Shown here: positions 1 through 12,433 of the stretch, one piece after another
Layout of the letters: each line of letters starts with the position of its first letter
How positions within the stretch are numbered: the first letter of the stretch is position 1
Source: Yuukianura sp. NJ FZ-2021
Taxonomy: Eukaryota
Direction: 5' to 3'
Length of the DNA: 64,000 nt
Assembly (NCBI GenBank): GCA_046563655.1
Contig: CM102287.1
Location: forward strand, 9,672,001 to 9,736,000
Program-made: the position numbers and the translations under genes
The notes under the pieces: model-generated
Told to the model about the DNA's origin: nothing
Databases searched by the model: none
What the model saw: only the letters and a program-made list of their open reading frames with translations

Positions 1-1027
1 ATTCTTGACGACGACATGTCGCTACTTCTGATGTCGCTCCGGAAGTCATTGACCTTCGACTTGACCTTGACCTGCTTGATTCTGCTCGTTTCTGTCTGGA
101 TGGGGATGAAGGCTGTTCCAGAAGATATTCGGGAATGTTTAGCGGCAGTTTTTGAAAAAGGAGGAAAGGCCGGTTGAGGTCAAGGTCAAAGACGAGGTCA
201 AGCGGAATTTGGTGTCCAGTGTGATTTGTTATGCTGAATTCTAATTGGACGGTTTCTGGAATACGGTCTTCTGATTGGCCAATCATTCTGGTCATGTTTA
301 TAGAGTAGAAGTTGCGATGTTTGGTCCAGCGGAAGTGATGATGCTAGGATTTTCAAAATTTGAATTTCAAGAATTCTAAAAACTGGATTTAAATTTTCAA
401 AATTTTCAATTTTTTAAAAACCTGTTGAGTTGTTCTAAAAGTGACGTGCAGAGTCACTTGAGCAGGAACAAAACCTGGATCTTGTTGGACATCTTTTCGA
501 AGTGTAAAGAGAAGCCGAATGGAATGGAAATCGCTTAAATTTTGACCAACTGAACTCAAGTTGTAAAAGGCTGTTCCATCTAGGATTCAAAATTTTTCAA
601 AATTTTGAAATTTCTTTTTAAAAAACGCTTAAGAGTTTAAATAGAACATTTGATTAGGCGGAACATGAAAGATTTTAGCGGCAAGCTTTTAAGTTCAGTG
701 AATTGCTAATTTTGTGGTTTGTTTATTTTAAATTGTTTAAAAAATTGACAACTTACGATGAAATTTTGATGGAAGAACGCTTTGAACTAAAGTTTGATGT
801 CCGGTCAAGTGATTTAGCATTTGACCTTGACCTGCAGAGGTCAAGAGGTCAAATAACTTAAGCAAATACACTGGAGGTGTTGATCTTGATCCATTTTGGG
901 GCAAATTGAGACGAATCGCTGATTCGCTGAAGCGCTGAATCGCTGATGAATGTCGCAGATGAACGAACGACAAAATGTCGCTCACGAGGCAGAGCAAAGT
1001 CAACGCTTGACTCACTTTCAGCGGCAT
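1..1027 (-). CDS. TGF-beta/BMP superfamily ligand precursor (3' end outside window)
   Basis: Exons 1027-757, 579-422 and 343-<1 join in frame at GT-AG. N-terminal hydrophobic signal (ALTLLCLVSDILSFV), prodomain motifs PPVYLLKLF and FYNLSSV, furin site RQKR, then the start of the mature domain (..ATCRRQE) at the window edge. Confidence 0.8.
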
Positions 1028-1777
1028 TCGTTTTCGAAATTTCAAAATTTCAGAAATACTTTTCCAAAAGATTTTTCAAAATTGAAATTTTGGAAAATTT
1101 TTGAAGTCAACTCTGTTCGAGGAATGAAACTGAGAGGAAGGAGGCACAGGTAATAAACTTCTTTTTTCTTTCTGCTTCAATCTGCGTGTGACTTTTAATT
1201 GTTCTCGGTGACAATTAATTAAGTTAAACAATTTGCAAATTTGCAATTTCAATTTGCAAATTATTGGCAGAGACTTTATAACATTATAACTTTTTAACAA
1301 TGAGGAAGGATGGTCCAGAACCGTCTCGAATGTTTCAATCTTTGCCCTTGCAAAAGAAGACTTTAACTTTGCCAATTTTTGCAAATTTGCAAATCTTACT
1401 CATTTTTTTAAAATGGAACTGTGGGAACTGGGTATTTGGTAACTTGATCTCTACTTAACATCTCATCTCTGATCTGCATCTTTTCAAATCTCTTTTTTGC
1501 AAATTCACACCAACAATTTAAAAATTTCTTAAATTATTTACAAAAACTTAAATGAAAAAACTTTAAACATTTTTGAAAAAAAGTTAAGCAAAAGTGAAAG
1601 TGAAAGAAATTGGATTTTTACAAGTTAAAGTTTTTAAAGGTAAATTTTCACATTTTTATTAAATGTTTAAAGAAAGCTCATTCGACAATTATTGGTTTTT
1701 GACTTAATTTAGTAATGAAAAATGTTGATTTTTGGATTGTTGATGATTTGGTTGTTGATGTTTTCACTGTTGCTTGT

Positions 1778-3505
1778 TTAGCACTTCGAGCCTTTTCCTC
1801 TCTTGACACGACGCTTCTTTTGAGGAGTGCAGGACTTGGATTTCGAAACTTTCCGAACTAAAAAATTAAAACAATTAGTCAATTAATAATCGAATTAAGT
1901 TAATTAATTGAAAAGTTAAGTTAATTAAAAATCGGTTTAAATTGTTTTACCTTTTTTCGTCGGACCACATGCAGATGCACGTGACCGACGACGTTTACCT
2001 CCTTTCCCTCCCGCCGACGAACGACCAGTTCTGGATCCTGAGGTCAAAGGTCAAAGGTCAAGTTTTTTAAAATTTTGAAAATCTTGAAAATGGACAATTT
2101 GAAAACTTACGTCGGCCTCCCTTTCGTCCGCCTCTCTTGGTCGGAGTGCAGCTTCCTCCTTTGGAGTTCCTCCGGCTTCCGGATCCTGAGGTCAAAGGTC
2201 AAGTTTTTTTTTAAATTTTGAAAATCTTGAAAAATGGAAAATTTGAAAACTTACGTCGGCCTCCCTTTCGTCCGCCTCTCTTGGTCGGAGTGCAGCTTCC
2301 TCCTTTGGAGTTCCTCCGGCTTCCGGATCCTGAGGTCAAAGGTCAAGTTTTTTTTTTTTTTTTTTAAATTTTGAAACTGGACAATTTGAAAACTTACGTC
2401 GGCCTCCCTTTCGTCCGCCTCTCTTGGTCGGAGCGCAACTCCCTCCTTTGGAGTTCCTCCGGCTTCCGGATCCTGAGGTCAAAGGTCAAAGGTAAAGTTT
2501 TTTTAAAATTTTGAAAATCTTGAAAATGGACAATTTGAAAACTTACGTCGGCCTCCCTTTCGTCCGCCTCTCTTGGTCGGAGTGCAGCTTCCTCCTTTGG
2601 AGTTCTTTCGGCTTCCGGATCCTGAGGTCAAAGGTCAAGTTTTTTTAAAATTTTGAAAATCTGGAAAATGGACAATTTGAAAACTTACGTCGGCCTCCTT
2701 TCCGTCCGCCTTTCGGAGTGCAACTGCCTCCCTTTGAACGTTTCCTGGTTTTGCTTCGTCGCACTTTCTTGCCAGGAGAACAGGAGCCTTTGCTGGATTT
2801 GCGCTTGCGCTGCTTCTTGCCAGGAGAACAGGAGCCTTTGCTGGATTTGCGCTTGCGCTGCTTCTTGCCGGGAGAGCAGGAGCCCTTCGTTTTTCTCGGC
2901 TTCTTCTCCTGGTTTGTAGGGGAGCAGGAGGCCTTGGTCGTTTGAGGCTTCTCTTCCGGTGGACAAGCCGAAGCTGACTTCCGACTTTGGCGCTCGTCGG
3001 TTCCACCTTCAGCGTTTTTCAGAGCATCCTGCTCCCGTTTCTTCTTCAGTCGCTCGCTGTGACGCGTAGGGTTGCCTCCTTTCGGGATTTTCTTCACGCT
3101 GTGAAAAAACAAGGTCAAAGGTCAACAGAGGTCAAAGGTTAAGAAAGGTCAAAGGTCAGCAGAGGTCATTTCACTTACACCCTGCCTGTCTTGGGCCCAC
3201 TTTTGCTCTTCTTCCCTCCTCCACTGCTTTTTGTGGACCTGTTGAGGTCAAATAAGGTCAAGTTCAAGGTCAAAAGTGGAGTAGAGGTCAATGACTTACT
3301 GTGCTCGCGACTTCGGTGGGTCACAGGCCATCTCGGAGTCGCCGGAGTCATTGGCCTCTTCCAAAAACGTCGAAGGCGTACGCCCAGTTCCAGTTTGTCC
3401 AGATTCTTCGACTAAAAACAGATTAATTGAGTTTACATTAATTGAATTTACTAATTTACTAGTAGTTTGGAAGATGTTCTGTGACGAGTTCTTACCTTCT
3501 GCCAT
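1778..3505 (-). CDS. Highly basic K/R/G/S-rich protein, protamine-like / sperm nuclear basic protein candidate
   Basis: Ten exons (3505-3496, 3411-3300, 3238-3179, 3098-2689, 2621-2547, 2472-2398, 2329-2255, 2185-2111, 2037-1951, 1857-1778) splice in frame. Repeats GSCSPGKKQRKRKSSK and RSGSRRNSKGGSCTPTKRGGRKGGR; many S/T-P-x-K motifs; AATAAA near 1655-1660. The gene model is solid; the function is inferred from composition. Confidence 0.7.
2031..2700 (-). repeat. Tandem array of near-identical 143-149 bp units, each one 75-nt exon plus one intron
   Basis: Directly visible: repeated ggatcctgaggtcaaaggtca...gaaaacttacgtcggcctcc units. Confidence 0.95.
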
Positions 3506-3703
3506 GTCCCACTAAACGATTCACTTTAAATTAAGATGCAGGTCAATGAACTTTGACCTTTGGTCAATGAACTTTTGGTATTTGAAGAACGAAGGAAACA
3601 AGTTGGATCGGTGAGAACCAAAACGAAAATGACTTGGGGAATTGCTGTTGGCAGCCCTTTTATAGAAAATCTGAGGAATAGGATTTGGCTTCTTTTACTC
3701 CAA

Positions 3704-3770
3704 AGGTCAATAACCTTTGGGAGGTCAATGACCTTTGGGAGGTCAATGACCTTTGGGAGGTCAATGACCT
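3704..3770. repeat. 18-bp tandem repeat of AGGTCA-a-TGACCT (IR1 palindrome) between the divergent genes
   Basis: Three perfect copies (3722, 3740, 3758) and one imperfect copy (3704). Confidence 0.9.
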
Positions 3771-4243
3771 TTTGCTTTTTTGCAAACTTTTTGCAACAAG
3801 TAAAACAAACAAAGATTTGATTTGGTGGCTATAGCGTCCACTTGGTGGCGTCCCAATGTGGAATTTGGATTTGAAAAACCCGGTTTTTGGAAAAATAGCT
3901 TTTGGAGCCAAAACGAAGGTCAACAATGAAAATGCATTGAAGTTGATGTTGGCTCATTCGTTAATTGGTAATCAGTGAATTAATTGGAACATCCTGGACT
4001 TTTGGAAATACTGGAAGAGGTCAAACACATTGTACTGAGGCAATACTTGGACTAGATTTGGAATTAAGGTGATATTTACCTTGCTAACAGCTGTTATAGT
4101 TAGTTATGTTTTTGGATTATTTATTGGATTAATGTATTATATAATAGGATTATCTAATACTAAAATTGCTTTGAATATGCAGGCTACTGGACCGTGTCAT
4201 CATTAGGACCAAGATCTAACTTTTATTGAGGTGACTAATTAAT

Positions 4244-5422
4244 ATGGAAGATCAGAAGATGACCGCACCGCCAGTGCCACCGCCGCGTACTCCGATCAAA
4301 GTAGAGCCAGGAACGACAGTCAAACCAAGTCCATCGAAGAGACAGAAGGTTGACGACGAAAACGAAGTAGCTGACAATGTCAACATCAAGAAAGAGCCTT
4401 TGGACTTGGATCATATCAAGACCGAACAAGATTACAAATCAGTTCCACAAGAAGATAGCGACGAGGAGGACAAATCGTCGGAGGAAGTTCGACGCAAGGC
4501 TCCGATTCAACTTCGTGTTGGTGACATTTTTCATATGGCTAATCACAATCCATACCAACATAAATTCGGAGGACGGGACTTCAGTGGGACAAATGGAACA
4601 TTTCCAAGAGAAACTGACCCTGGTGTGCTGGCTAGACGGTACAAACAAATCGAGTACGGCAAAGGAACTCCGGAATACAAGCAGTACAGAAATGCTGTTC
4701 CAAGGTGAGTCACTAATCGTAATCATGACGTTTTCCTTAACTAATCGATCTGTGTTTATATAGCTAACATGCAAAAATACGGCAGTGTGGATCTAACTTG
4801 ACAGATTTTTATCTTTCATCAGCAGTTTTTCGGATTCCACGAGTTGGATCCTAACCTTTCTCACACTTTTTAGCCAAATCAGCTGTTTTAAAATCGAAAT
4901 TCCAACGTTTTTTTTTTTGTTTGCAGAGAGGAACGACTTCCGCAGCATCCAAAGACTCCCAATCTCAATCGGAAGTACAGTCGTCGTGCCTGGGACGGTT
5001 TGATTCGTCTCTGGCGTTGCAGTTTACACGTCTGGGATCAAGATCCGGAAGAGGCCCAACGTCTCCTCAGACTCCGTCGACAGCAAATTCAAACTGGATC
5101 TTACTCGTCAACTGGCGAATCAACTTCCACTGCTTCCTCGGTCATGGGAGATGGTGAAGGCTCAATCTTCTTTGAAGAAGATCCAGATCAAACTCTGTTG
5201 GAATTCAAGGTCAAAGTGGAGGAAGAAGAAGAATTCAAGGTCAAAGTTGAACAAAATGGAACTCCAGTGACTTCATCTGCATCATCTCCTGATCAAAATG
5301 ATGTCAATCGATCATGGTATGATGAGACCCTTGAGTATGAAAATGATTACCTTGACATCAATGCTCCAAATGTCGAAGAGTTTGAAGTGAAAGTCAAGAC
5401 AGAGGTCAAAGGTCAGGAATGA
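4244..5422 (+). CDS. SLBP: Histone mRNA stem-loop binding protein
   Basis: Exons 4244-4704 and 4927-5422 give [69 protein letters not shown], the SLBP RNA-binding domain. Confidence 0.92.
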
Positions 5423-6006
5423 GGTCAAGGTCAAGCGTAAGACCGTCCAGTTTATACATTTCCAAAGTAAATATTATAATAAGTTAAGTCAGATTTACAT
5501 TTTATAATTCAGATTACTAACAATAAGCAGGAAGGTATTAATAAGGCTTAAATTTTTAGATTTGGACATTTTTTTTCTTTAGATTTTTCTTCGTTTTTGG
5601 AAATACTAGTGTTGAAATTTCGAAATTTTGGAAAGCTATTCACGATTGTTTTCCTTGTTAAATTTGTTAAAACTGAGTTCATTTCAAATTAGAAGTTATA
5701 CAGATGAAATTAAAGGATGTTTTTACATTTACGAATCAGTTTATTAAGCTAATTACTTTAATTAATTATTTTAATTACTAGTTAATTATTTTAATTACTA
5801 ATTAATTATTGTTCTAATTTCTAGGGAAGTACGAGTAATTTGACAGAAAGAGCATCTCATTAATTAACTTGATTGCGGAAGATTCTGGAAATGATTGATG
5901 TTTGGTGCATTTCACATGCGTTGAACGTGGTTCCATTTTTGAGCTGTTTTGCCTTTTTGTGATCATAGACCGTTTCGTTTCACAATTCCGGAACGAAACG
6001 ATTTTT

Positions 6007-7787
6007 TTACGTCTCGAGACCGTACGGTATTGCCCCGTTTCGCCAGTGTCGCATCCGACCAGCTTCGTTCCACAAAATGAATCCAAGGAGCAGTCCAATC
6101 GCTAAGCCCAAAACGGCCATAGCCAGACCAAGACCAGCCACTGCTCCTGGAATACAAAAAATCGCTGATTCAGCGATTTCAACTCAAATCGCTGAAATCG
6201 CTGCTTCTGGAATTACCTGATGTGTATGTGGCTCTGCCCACTGAAATTTGTTTCCCACGGAGACTTCTGTTGAACGACGGGTGAAGGGCTCTTGGAATTG
6301 ACACAAGGGAGCCGCGCTGCAGCGACACGAGCTAGAAATTTTCAAAAATTGAAAAGTTTTTTGGAAAATTTTCAAAATTTTCGAACTTACCATGTGCTCC
6401 GTTCTTTCATTGTTGAGATCAACTCGGAACGTGACTTCGTGTCGGTTCGTGACGTCACGAAGCATTCGGTAAGCTTCGGTAAAAGATCGGTATACGATTG
6501 TCTGTGAATTGTTGGAAGAAGAAAGTTCTTGAAAATGGAGTATTTGGCGCAGGGAGAACCAAAATGCTGACAGTCCACCGCTCCACTCATTCAACTTAAT
6601 CACAAATTCACAATTAATCGATTAATTAAACATTTTAATCGATTAAAATCGTTTTAAATCAGGTGCACCCTACAGCCAGATCTGTGACACGCAGAAGTGA
6701 TATCCCAGCGAGTCCAGCCACTGTTCTCCGGATTGATTCGACCTGATAGGTTCCAGTTTTGAGCTTAGCATATGGAGCTGGAAAAAATCGATTACTTTTT
6801 ACTTTCGATTACTTTTTCTTCGATTTTCGATTACTTTTATAAGTTTAATGTCCTACCTTGTAAAATTATTCTGAGAAGCAGCGTCGTCTGGTCAAGACAT
6901 TCGCTGACATCGGGATGTCCAGCGGAGTTGGTCGTCGGATCCAAAATGTCGTCGGTCGCCGCAGAGTCTGCGTAGATGTTCGACATTGCTATGAGTTGTG
7001 GTCGTGCTTCTCTGGAATATGTCGCCACGGAGAGCGGGAGATTCGAATCATTCCCAAATCCAAATTCAGACACGAATTCACCCAGACTCTCGTGCAGCCA
7101 AATGTCCGTTTCCAAATTTCGGATAGATCGCTGAAAAAAACGTAATTTCAAAAAATAAATAAAATTTCAAAAAAGTATTTTTTAAAATGTTCTGAATTTT
7201 AGTTTTTACTTTTCCCCAGTAGTTGACAAATGCCGGGTCAAAGTTCAGGAGAAGCTTGGCATGTTCCAGAATGAATCTCTTGAGAGTATGAGAGGTGAGT
7301 TCGAATTCGTTGTTGATCGGTTCCACGATACAGTCTCGCGTACCGTCTTTTCCTTTGGAAATCCGAAACTCCAAACCGGATCGAAAATCTCGCAGAATTT
7401 TGGCGTAGAACCAATCAAACCGATCTTCCTTCGTTGGAATATCCAGCTTATGGACAACGATTTTCTCGGTTCGGTCCACATGCAGTTTCCACAACTGACG
7501 ACGTTGTTCCTACAATAAAAAATCAAGGTCAAAGGTCAAAATGGATCAAAGGTCAAAGGTCAAATGGGGTCAAAGGTCAAGTTTACCTTCAAAAATATTG
7601 TCTCGATGGACACAGTGAATATGTCTGGAAAGAGGGGTGCCTTTGGTGGAAAAGTGTCCAGGGGGTAAAGGTCATGACACAGCAATCCTGGCTCTTTCTT
7701 GACTTCTTTTCCAGGTTGCTGGACACAAGCCTCTAACAAACTGATCCACAAACACAAAATGACGGAACACGAATACCAAGGGCCCAT
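6007..7787 (-). CDS. Type I membrane protein with a probable ependymin/LolA-fold-like ectodomain
   Basis: Signal peptide MGPWYSCSVILCLWISLLEA; seven in-frame exons; ectodomain pattern ..DFRSGLEF..DC..YWGKRSIRNLETDIW..; C-terminal TM YTSGAVAGLGLAMAVLGLAIGLLLGFILW and a short tail. The fold call is an inference. Confidence 0.6.
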
Positions 7788-8112
7788 GTCCCTTAACTCT
7801 TCAGTAAGTGATCCCTTAGCCTTCTAAATTAACTTTAACTCCCATTATGTTAACTAGCATAGTGTTAATCGATTAACACAACGATTTAAACTTTAGATTT
7901 TTGTGTCTTCCAGTTTCCTGGATACAAAGTTGAAGACTGCGCCGCTGTGCTTTCTTCTGCTCGGTTTCTAAGAGAAAGTTTTGAATGGATCGATAATCAG
8001 AGTCAAGGAAGCATCCACTTCTGTATGCTGGGAAACTGTAATTCCACCACTTCTAAAACATTTGGACAAATTGGACAACCCAAGTCAGGAGTTGTTGACA
8101 TCATCAAAAGTA

Positions 8113-8738
8113 ATGAGATTCCGGACATATGGACTTACAGCGATGCTGTTAAAATCAACCACTTCCAAGTCAACCAACGACGCTTCGCGTCAACTAGAAA
8201 GTAATTTCTAGAAAAACAACGTCATTGACGTCAAATGCAGGAATCTATGCTTGTTATTCCAATAGCAATAACTATGTTTTAATTTCATTTTAGTAGGTTT
8301 TTGATGTGTAAATAATCATTAGATGCGGACTTGGCAGAGTCCTGGAAAGATACCCGCCCAAAAGCTTCCCCCAGAAATGAAATGATACCCGGCAAAAAGC
8401 TTCATCCCGAAATGATTCCCGCCCAAAAGCTTCCGCCAGGAATGATACCAGGCAAAAAGCTTCATTCTGAAGTGATACCCGTCAAAAAGGTTCCTCCTGA
8501 AGTGATATCCGTCAAAAAGGTTCCTCTGGAGCTCATGCCAGCCAAAAAGCTTCCTCTGGACTTCATCCTACACAAAAAGGTTCCTCTGCATTTACCCGTC
8601 AAAAAGCTTCCTCTGGACTTCATGCCACCCAAAAAGGTTCCACCGGATTTTATACCCACGAAAAAGCTACCTCTGGACTTCATACGCGCCAAAAAGGTTC
8701 CTCTGGAGCCTCCCTTGACACAAAAAGTTAAAAAATGA
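8113..8738 (+). CDS. Possible orphan Lys/Pro-rich repeat protein
   Basis: ATG at 8113, donor at 8201 and acceptor at 8322 join in frame to the ORF carrying about 11 decapeptide repeats (E/D-M/F-I-P-x-K-K-L/V-P-x). No recognisable homology. Confidence 0.35.
8378..8705 (+). repeat. Degenerate 30-bp tandem repeat (about 11 copies)
   Basis: Recurring aaaaagcttcctctgga / aaaaaggttcctc at about 30-bp spacing; one unit is 27 bp, so the frame is kept. Confidence 0.85.
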
Positions 8739-9006
8739 AGAGTAATGTGAAGCAGCTGCTGCAGGTTGCCGTCGCTAGGCGCAGAGCAGTATCGATTTTG
8801 TGCTGGATGCGTACAGGAGGGCTTCCCTGCTCCAGGCCTCTCCAGTCTTGTCCAGGAACGGAGCAAAACAACATGCTGGAACACCACCAAAGTTGAAATC
8901 GCTCATTGACAACTGGAAACATCTCGTCGCTGGAATTTTAGTGAAAGCGTGAAGCTGATTGGCCCTTGGGGGGTTGATTTTTGTTAATCAAGAGCGGACC
9001 AACATC

Positions 9007-9583
9007 ATGCATGGCGTTTCGGTCCATTCGGCACTGGCCATCAAGCGCCAGCGGAAGAAACGTGCCTTCAGCAGTAGCAGCAGCGGCAGGAGTCGTCGAA
9101 GGGCCCCTACGACCTCAACCTCAGACTCCTCCCTCCAGTCCTACTTGGAACAAGAACCTACCACGGCCAACAAGGTAAGAGGAAAAGCGACATTTCAGTT
9201 TTTATGGCGACATTTGACCTTCTCTGGCGACATTTCAGGTCATGGGCACAATCACAATGCTACATATTGGGACAATCTTTACGTTGATTGGAGTACTTCT
9301 GGGATTAGCCACGCTGCTTACTAAACAGTCGCCAAGCGAAATGGCAGAACTCATCGGTTAGAATTTCAAAAATGAAACATTTCAAAATTTTGATTTTTGG
9401 ATTCAAAATTTTGATTTCAAAATTTCAGGAACTGGAGTGATCTGTCTCGTGATCGGATTGTTCCTGATCGTGCTGAACAGAATTTATGCAAAGCGAGAAG
9501 ACCAAGACCTGGAAGCCTACGTTGAGTCTCGGCTGAGTCGGAACAAAGACGGGGACAGACCAGCAGACACTGCCATTGTCTAG
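9007..9583 (+). CDS. Small uncharacterised two-TM protein
   Basis: Exons 9007-9174, 9239-9356 and 9429-9583 in frame: MHGVSVHSALAIKRQRKKR..., TM1 MLHIGTIFTLIGVLLGLATLL, TM2 LIGTGVICLVIGLFLIVL, tail ..DLEAYVESRLSR..TAIV*. Confidence 0.8.
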
Positions 9584-10787
9584 AATTGGTCAAAAAATTT
9601 GACCTTTGACTTTTTGGAGGTCAAAGGTCAAGGTCATTCAACTATTTAACTGGATGTGGCTTCCAGAGCACGCAAAGACAAAGAATTTGTCACTTCCAAC
9701 TTTTCTTAAAAAACTTAAATACTCTCCGCATTTTGTAAAAAAGACAAACGTTTTCTCTCCTTGTATAACAAAAGTTACTAACTTAATTATTTAATTAATT
9801 GAAATTAATTGTAATTAATTAATTATAATTCATTACGCTTCATTACAACTTGTATACTCGAAAACTTTTAGCTGCCTAAAAAACCTTTGCACTGAAAAGC
9901 TAACTATGCTTGCTCTAAATTCCAAAAATGCACAAAACCTCAACGCTGCCTTTTGAAAGTGGTCCTCAAATTTAATTGTAAAATGCACAATTAACTTTTG
10001 ACTTCTAATTAAATGTATTAAAACTAATTATTTAAATATTGAGCATGAAATTAAATAAGTTATTTAAACTGGGCTGGACCCCGCGAACCAATTTTTACAC
10101 TCTTTTGTTCTTTCTATCAAAAATTGTACATTTTCACTTTCACTTTTTTGAAACCTACGATTGTAAAATTCTAATGTTCAAAATTGTGTAACTTTGTAAA
10201 TGTTTTGTGGTCAAAATTGTGAATGTCACTTTTGTCATTGACGCTTTTGCATGCCTTTTCAGTTTTTAGATTAAAAAATTCGTTTAGAACATTCAATTTA
10301 TTCTAGGGAGGAAACGGGATTTAAAAAGAAGAAAAAAGAAAGTGATTTGCATCTCCAGCTGCTTTCCCTAAACAACAAAAATCCAATTTCACTTTCACTC
10401 CATTTCTCTTCTGTCTCTGGGCGAAACACTCATTTTTTTAATAAACTCTAAACGTTCATGTGTAATTCATAACCAAATTGAAGTGAAAAAAAAATTTTTT
10501 GAAGTGAAAATTTTTGCAAATTCTGATCACATGCCAAACATTAAGTTTTTCATTTAAAAGATTGAAACTTTTTCAAAAAGAGAGAGAGACAATACTTTTT
10601 TTTTTAAATTTGAAGCCATGACACTGTTTTTCCGATTTTCGATAGAAAATTGTTAAAAACGGAAAGTTTGCAGCAAATTCTAAAGACGTGTCGTGCTGAG
10701 AGACGTTTTTAGGTCAACATTTTTCGAACTTTTTTGGTCCTTTTTACTTTTTTTGTTGACCTAATTACATGTTGATCAGTTTGTACA

Positions 10788-11990
10788 ATGTGTTGTTGGT
10801 GTTGTTGTAAATGTTGTGAACACAGTATATTGTTTTGTGACAGAGATGCTCCCTGTAACATTGACTTTATTCCACAAACTAAGCAGGAAGAAGATGATTT
10901 TGACGGAATTGACCCCGATGACCTTGAAGGTCAAAAGGTCAAGCGAGGAGAGTGTCGCAGACGGTGGAAATGGCGTCTAAAACGCAGTTGTGTACGTTGC
11001 TGCACTTTGTATTGGCGTAAAGACCCCTGCGCATGCCTCGAAGGCAGTCCAAGCGGCACTTGCTACTTGAGACACAAACCCACGCCGTGGTGTGGACTCA
11101 TGATACTTTCACTCACCAAAATGGTAACTACAAAAACTTTTTAAAATAATCAAAATTTTGAACTTTTTTGAAAATTTTAGACTACTTTTTTGGTCTTTGG
11201 AGTCCTTTATTTCCTGGAAGCATATGAAAACTACTTCATTGCTTTTCCGGCTGCGTCTCGAGAGCGTACTGTTCTCAGAGGCGAGGAGTGGATGGACCCT
11301 GATGGCTCGAGGCGAATTTTACGCAAAATTGAACAAAACAGGCAACTCCATCTTTGTAAGGTCAATGACCTTTGACCTTTGACCTTTGACCCCTAACTTA
11401 TGACCTTTACTTCCAGTCATCATGAATGCAGCCTCAACTCTCCTTTTTTCTATTCATGCTGTGCTCTACTTCATGATTCTACTTGCCACTTGCTGCGTAA
11501 GTTTTAACTTCCGATTACTTCCGATTTTCCGATTATTTTCTCCTAGGACACTTTGGTTTCTTGCATTTTGGGTCAAAATTTTTTAAACTTTTGAAATTTT
11601 TTGATTTTTTTGCAGCGTTATCTCGTTTGTGGATTTTGCTTTCTGTTGATGTGGTTGATTCCAGCACTTTGTGTAATTTACCAACCACTGCACTTCCATG
11701 TAACTCCTCACGACCATTTTCAAATCCCGCGCAATTACTCTGCCATTGTGGCTGCCAAGGCTCATAGTCTAGATGAATCCAACTTCTACCGGTGGGAACT
11801 GTACCTTATCTGGGGCATTTCATTGGTTCTCGTACCTTATGAAATATGGCTACTCATTTGGCGCATGCGGAATGTCAAAGTCCAACGCCTCAAGCGTTTG
11901 GGCTACATCGTCGAAGATTCAACTGAATTTCTGGTAATCCAACATCCTAAGAAGCCCATTTTACCAAAAAACCGCGGAAATCGATTTTAG
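10788..11990 (+). CDS. Uncharacterised four-TM protein with a Cys-rich N-terminus
   Basis: Exons 10788-11123, 11181-11355, 11417-11496 and 11616-11990 in frame; four hydrophobic segments; starts MCCWCCCKCCEH. Confidence 0.65.
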
Positions 11991-12433
11991 CACAGGATTC
12001 CTGAAATCGATTTGAGGAAAAAATCGCTCAAACAGATTTCAACAAACTTGCTCAAAACGATTTCAACAAAAATTGTTGAAATTGAATTCCTTGAAGAACT
12101 TTTGTGCTTGGTTTGAAGAAATAATAGCTGAAATCGATTTTTGGCGGAATTCGTTGTAATCGATTTTTCTGTAATCGAAATCGTTTTGCAGGTAGACGCG
12201 ATTGAACCGAAAACGGGTGAAGTTTTTCTGGTTGAAGAGCCTGATGCTGTTTTTCTTGCTGGACAAGAACTGATGCTGGGTAATCGAAGTCTAACTGAAT
12301 TTGAACTGAGAGTGGACAGTGCAGAAATCGAACCAAAAAATCAACACGCCCCAAGAAAATCAATTAAATTCAAAAAATAATATAATATAAATAATGAAAT
12401 TTTAATTAATATAAATAGATTTATAAATAAATG

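Noticed and set aside
1600..1777. Histone-type 3' stem-loop on the basic-protein mRNA as an SLBP target
   Set aside because: No GGYYCTTTTCAGRRCC-like hairpin was found; the gene has introns and an AATAAA signal.
2031..2700. CRISPR-like regularly spaced repeats
   Set aside because: The whole unit repeats with no unique spacers, carries splice sites and encodes in-frame exons; eukaryotic context with no cas genes.
11547..11571. Micro-exon in the four-TM gene
   Set aside because: It has AG and GT flanks, but 25 nt would shift the frame and remove the last two TM segments.
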